Assembly (NCBI RefSeq): GCF_018977255.1
Contig: NW_024704742.1
Coordinates: 69,876,001-69,940,000, forward strand
Length of the DNA: 64,000 nt
Source of the DNA: Callorhinchus milii
Taxonomy: Eukaryota
Reading direction: 5' to 3'
The notes under the pieces were generated by a model that worked only from the letters and a program-made list of their open reading frames with translations, made no database searches and was not told the DNA's origin. Position 1 is the first letter of the stretch. Each line of letters begins with the position of its first letter. The position numbers and the translations under genes were made by a program. Of this stretch, positions 62,992-64,000 are shown in pieces.

Positions 62992-64000
62992 TGATCTCCC
63001 ATATCTTTGCCTCGCCACTTTCAAAACCAGTGCTCCCACCAGCATAGCCTTATATTTGAGTAATCACTTACAAGATTTGTCAAGGCAGAACAAGCGTACA
63101 CACTAGCACAGCTGCAAAGGGCTATTTCAGAACAGACAATGGGAAGTATTTCTTTACCCAAACAGTAATTGATGACTGGAGTAGGGTTGCCAGAAAGAGG
63201 GTTTGAGGCCAGGAAGTTGGGGGCTCATTTAAGAAACATCTTGATGCTATAGGGCGGAGATGCAGGAAGGATGAGGCATCAGTAGCCTTCATCCGAACTT
63301 CTCTTGTGACATTGTGATATTCAAGGCAGAAAAAGCTTCAGACTTAGTTTCCAGTGAAGCTCACTACTTTTGGTGGAACGGTAGGAGTGGGAGCAGAGGG
63401 TGAAGCACCTGAGCCAGAAGTTGCCTGGGGACCTTATCAGAGCAGGAGCCCTGCTTCAGCCATGATCTAATAGAATGGCTGAACAGTCTTCAGGGGCTGA
63501 ATGGCCTACTCGTGTTCCTAAGCTTGCCTTACTTACAAGGGTTGGTAAAATGTAAGTTGTATTTTAACCTGTAGCTGGGAATAGGGGAGGAGGCCATGGA
63601 GTTGATTCTATAATTGATTCCCATTTCCCTGCAACTATAAATATCCTTACTTCCCAAGTATCCATCTCCCTTTTAAATATCCCGGTTGCTTCTCTGCCTA
63701 TGCAGCTTTTCAGGCCAATATATTCCTCATTATGAATAAATTCTACCAAATATTAGGTAATAGCCTACTTTTTGGCAATATTAGGTATCTCGGTCATCTT
63801 TCCCCTCTCCACCTTCTTGGTGCTCCAATCCGTCCCTCTACCCTGGTCAGGTGCCCAGTCAGCATTGAGAAATGCTTCGAGCTGTCCTCGTGAAGTGAAA
63901 GGAGAGGACAGGTCCTGCGATTGAAGGGGGGTGAATAAATAAATCTGTGGAAACACTACATCAGTGAGAGTGGTAAATCTATGGAACGTGCTTTCTTGGA

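Noticed and set aside
63560..63956. Short minus-strand ORFs at the window end
   Set aside because: No recognisable motifs or splice signals; may be retroelement debris.

Overview
Eukaryotic, vertebrate genomic DNA, most likely a cartilaginous fish, possibly a holocephalan (inferred only from the CR1/L2/Deu-SINE/Penelope repeat repertoire). The window holds the 5' part of one protein-coding gene on the + strand, DNAAF9 (C20orf194/Shulin). I can read 17 coding exons from 14530 to 62983, all with GT-AG boundaries and consistent phases, giving about 479 codons; the gene continues past the window. Exon 1 sits in a CpG-rich promoter wedged between a ~40-bp quasi-palindromic satellite upstream and ~5.8 kb of C-rich tandem repeats at the start of a 25.9-kb first intron. 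The rest is transposon debris: CR1 and L2 LINE fragments, two tRNA-headed SINE families with L2-type tails, a solo LTR, a decayed gag-like stretch, Penelope-type fragments carrying a degenerate hammerhead-ribozyme core, hAT and Tc1/mariner-type MITEs and a candidate Helitron. The long proline-rich ORFs in the ORF track are artefacts of the repeats. I found no convincing wholly new gene system. The most unusual signals are four unrelated element classes inserting at nearly the same position of the upstream satellite unit, the TSD-flanked hammerhead-bearing Penelope fragment, and a TSD-less Helitron-like insertion splitting a CR1.
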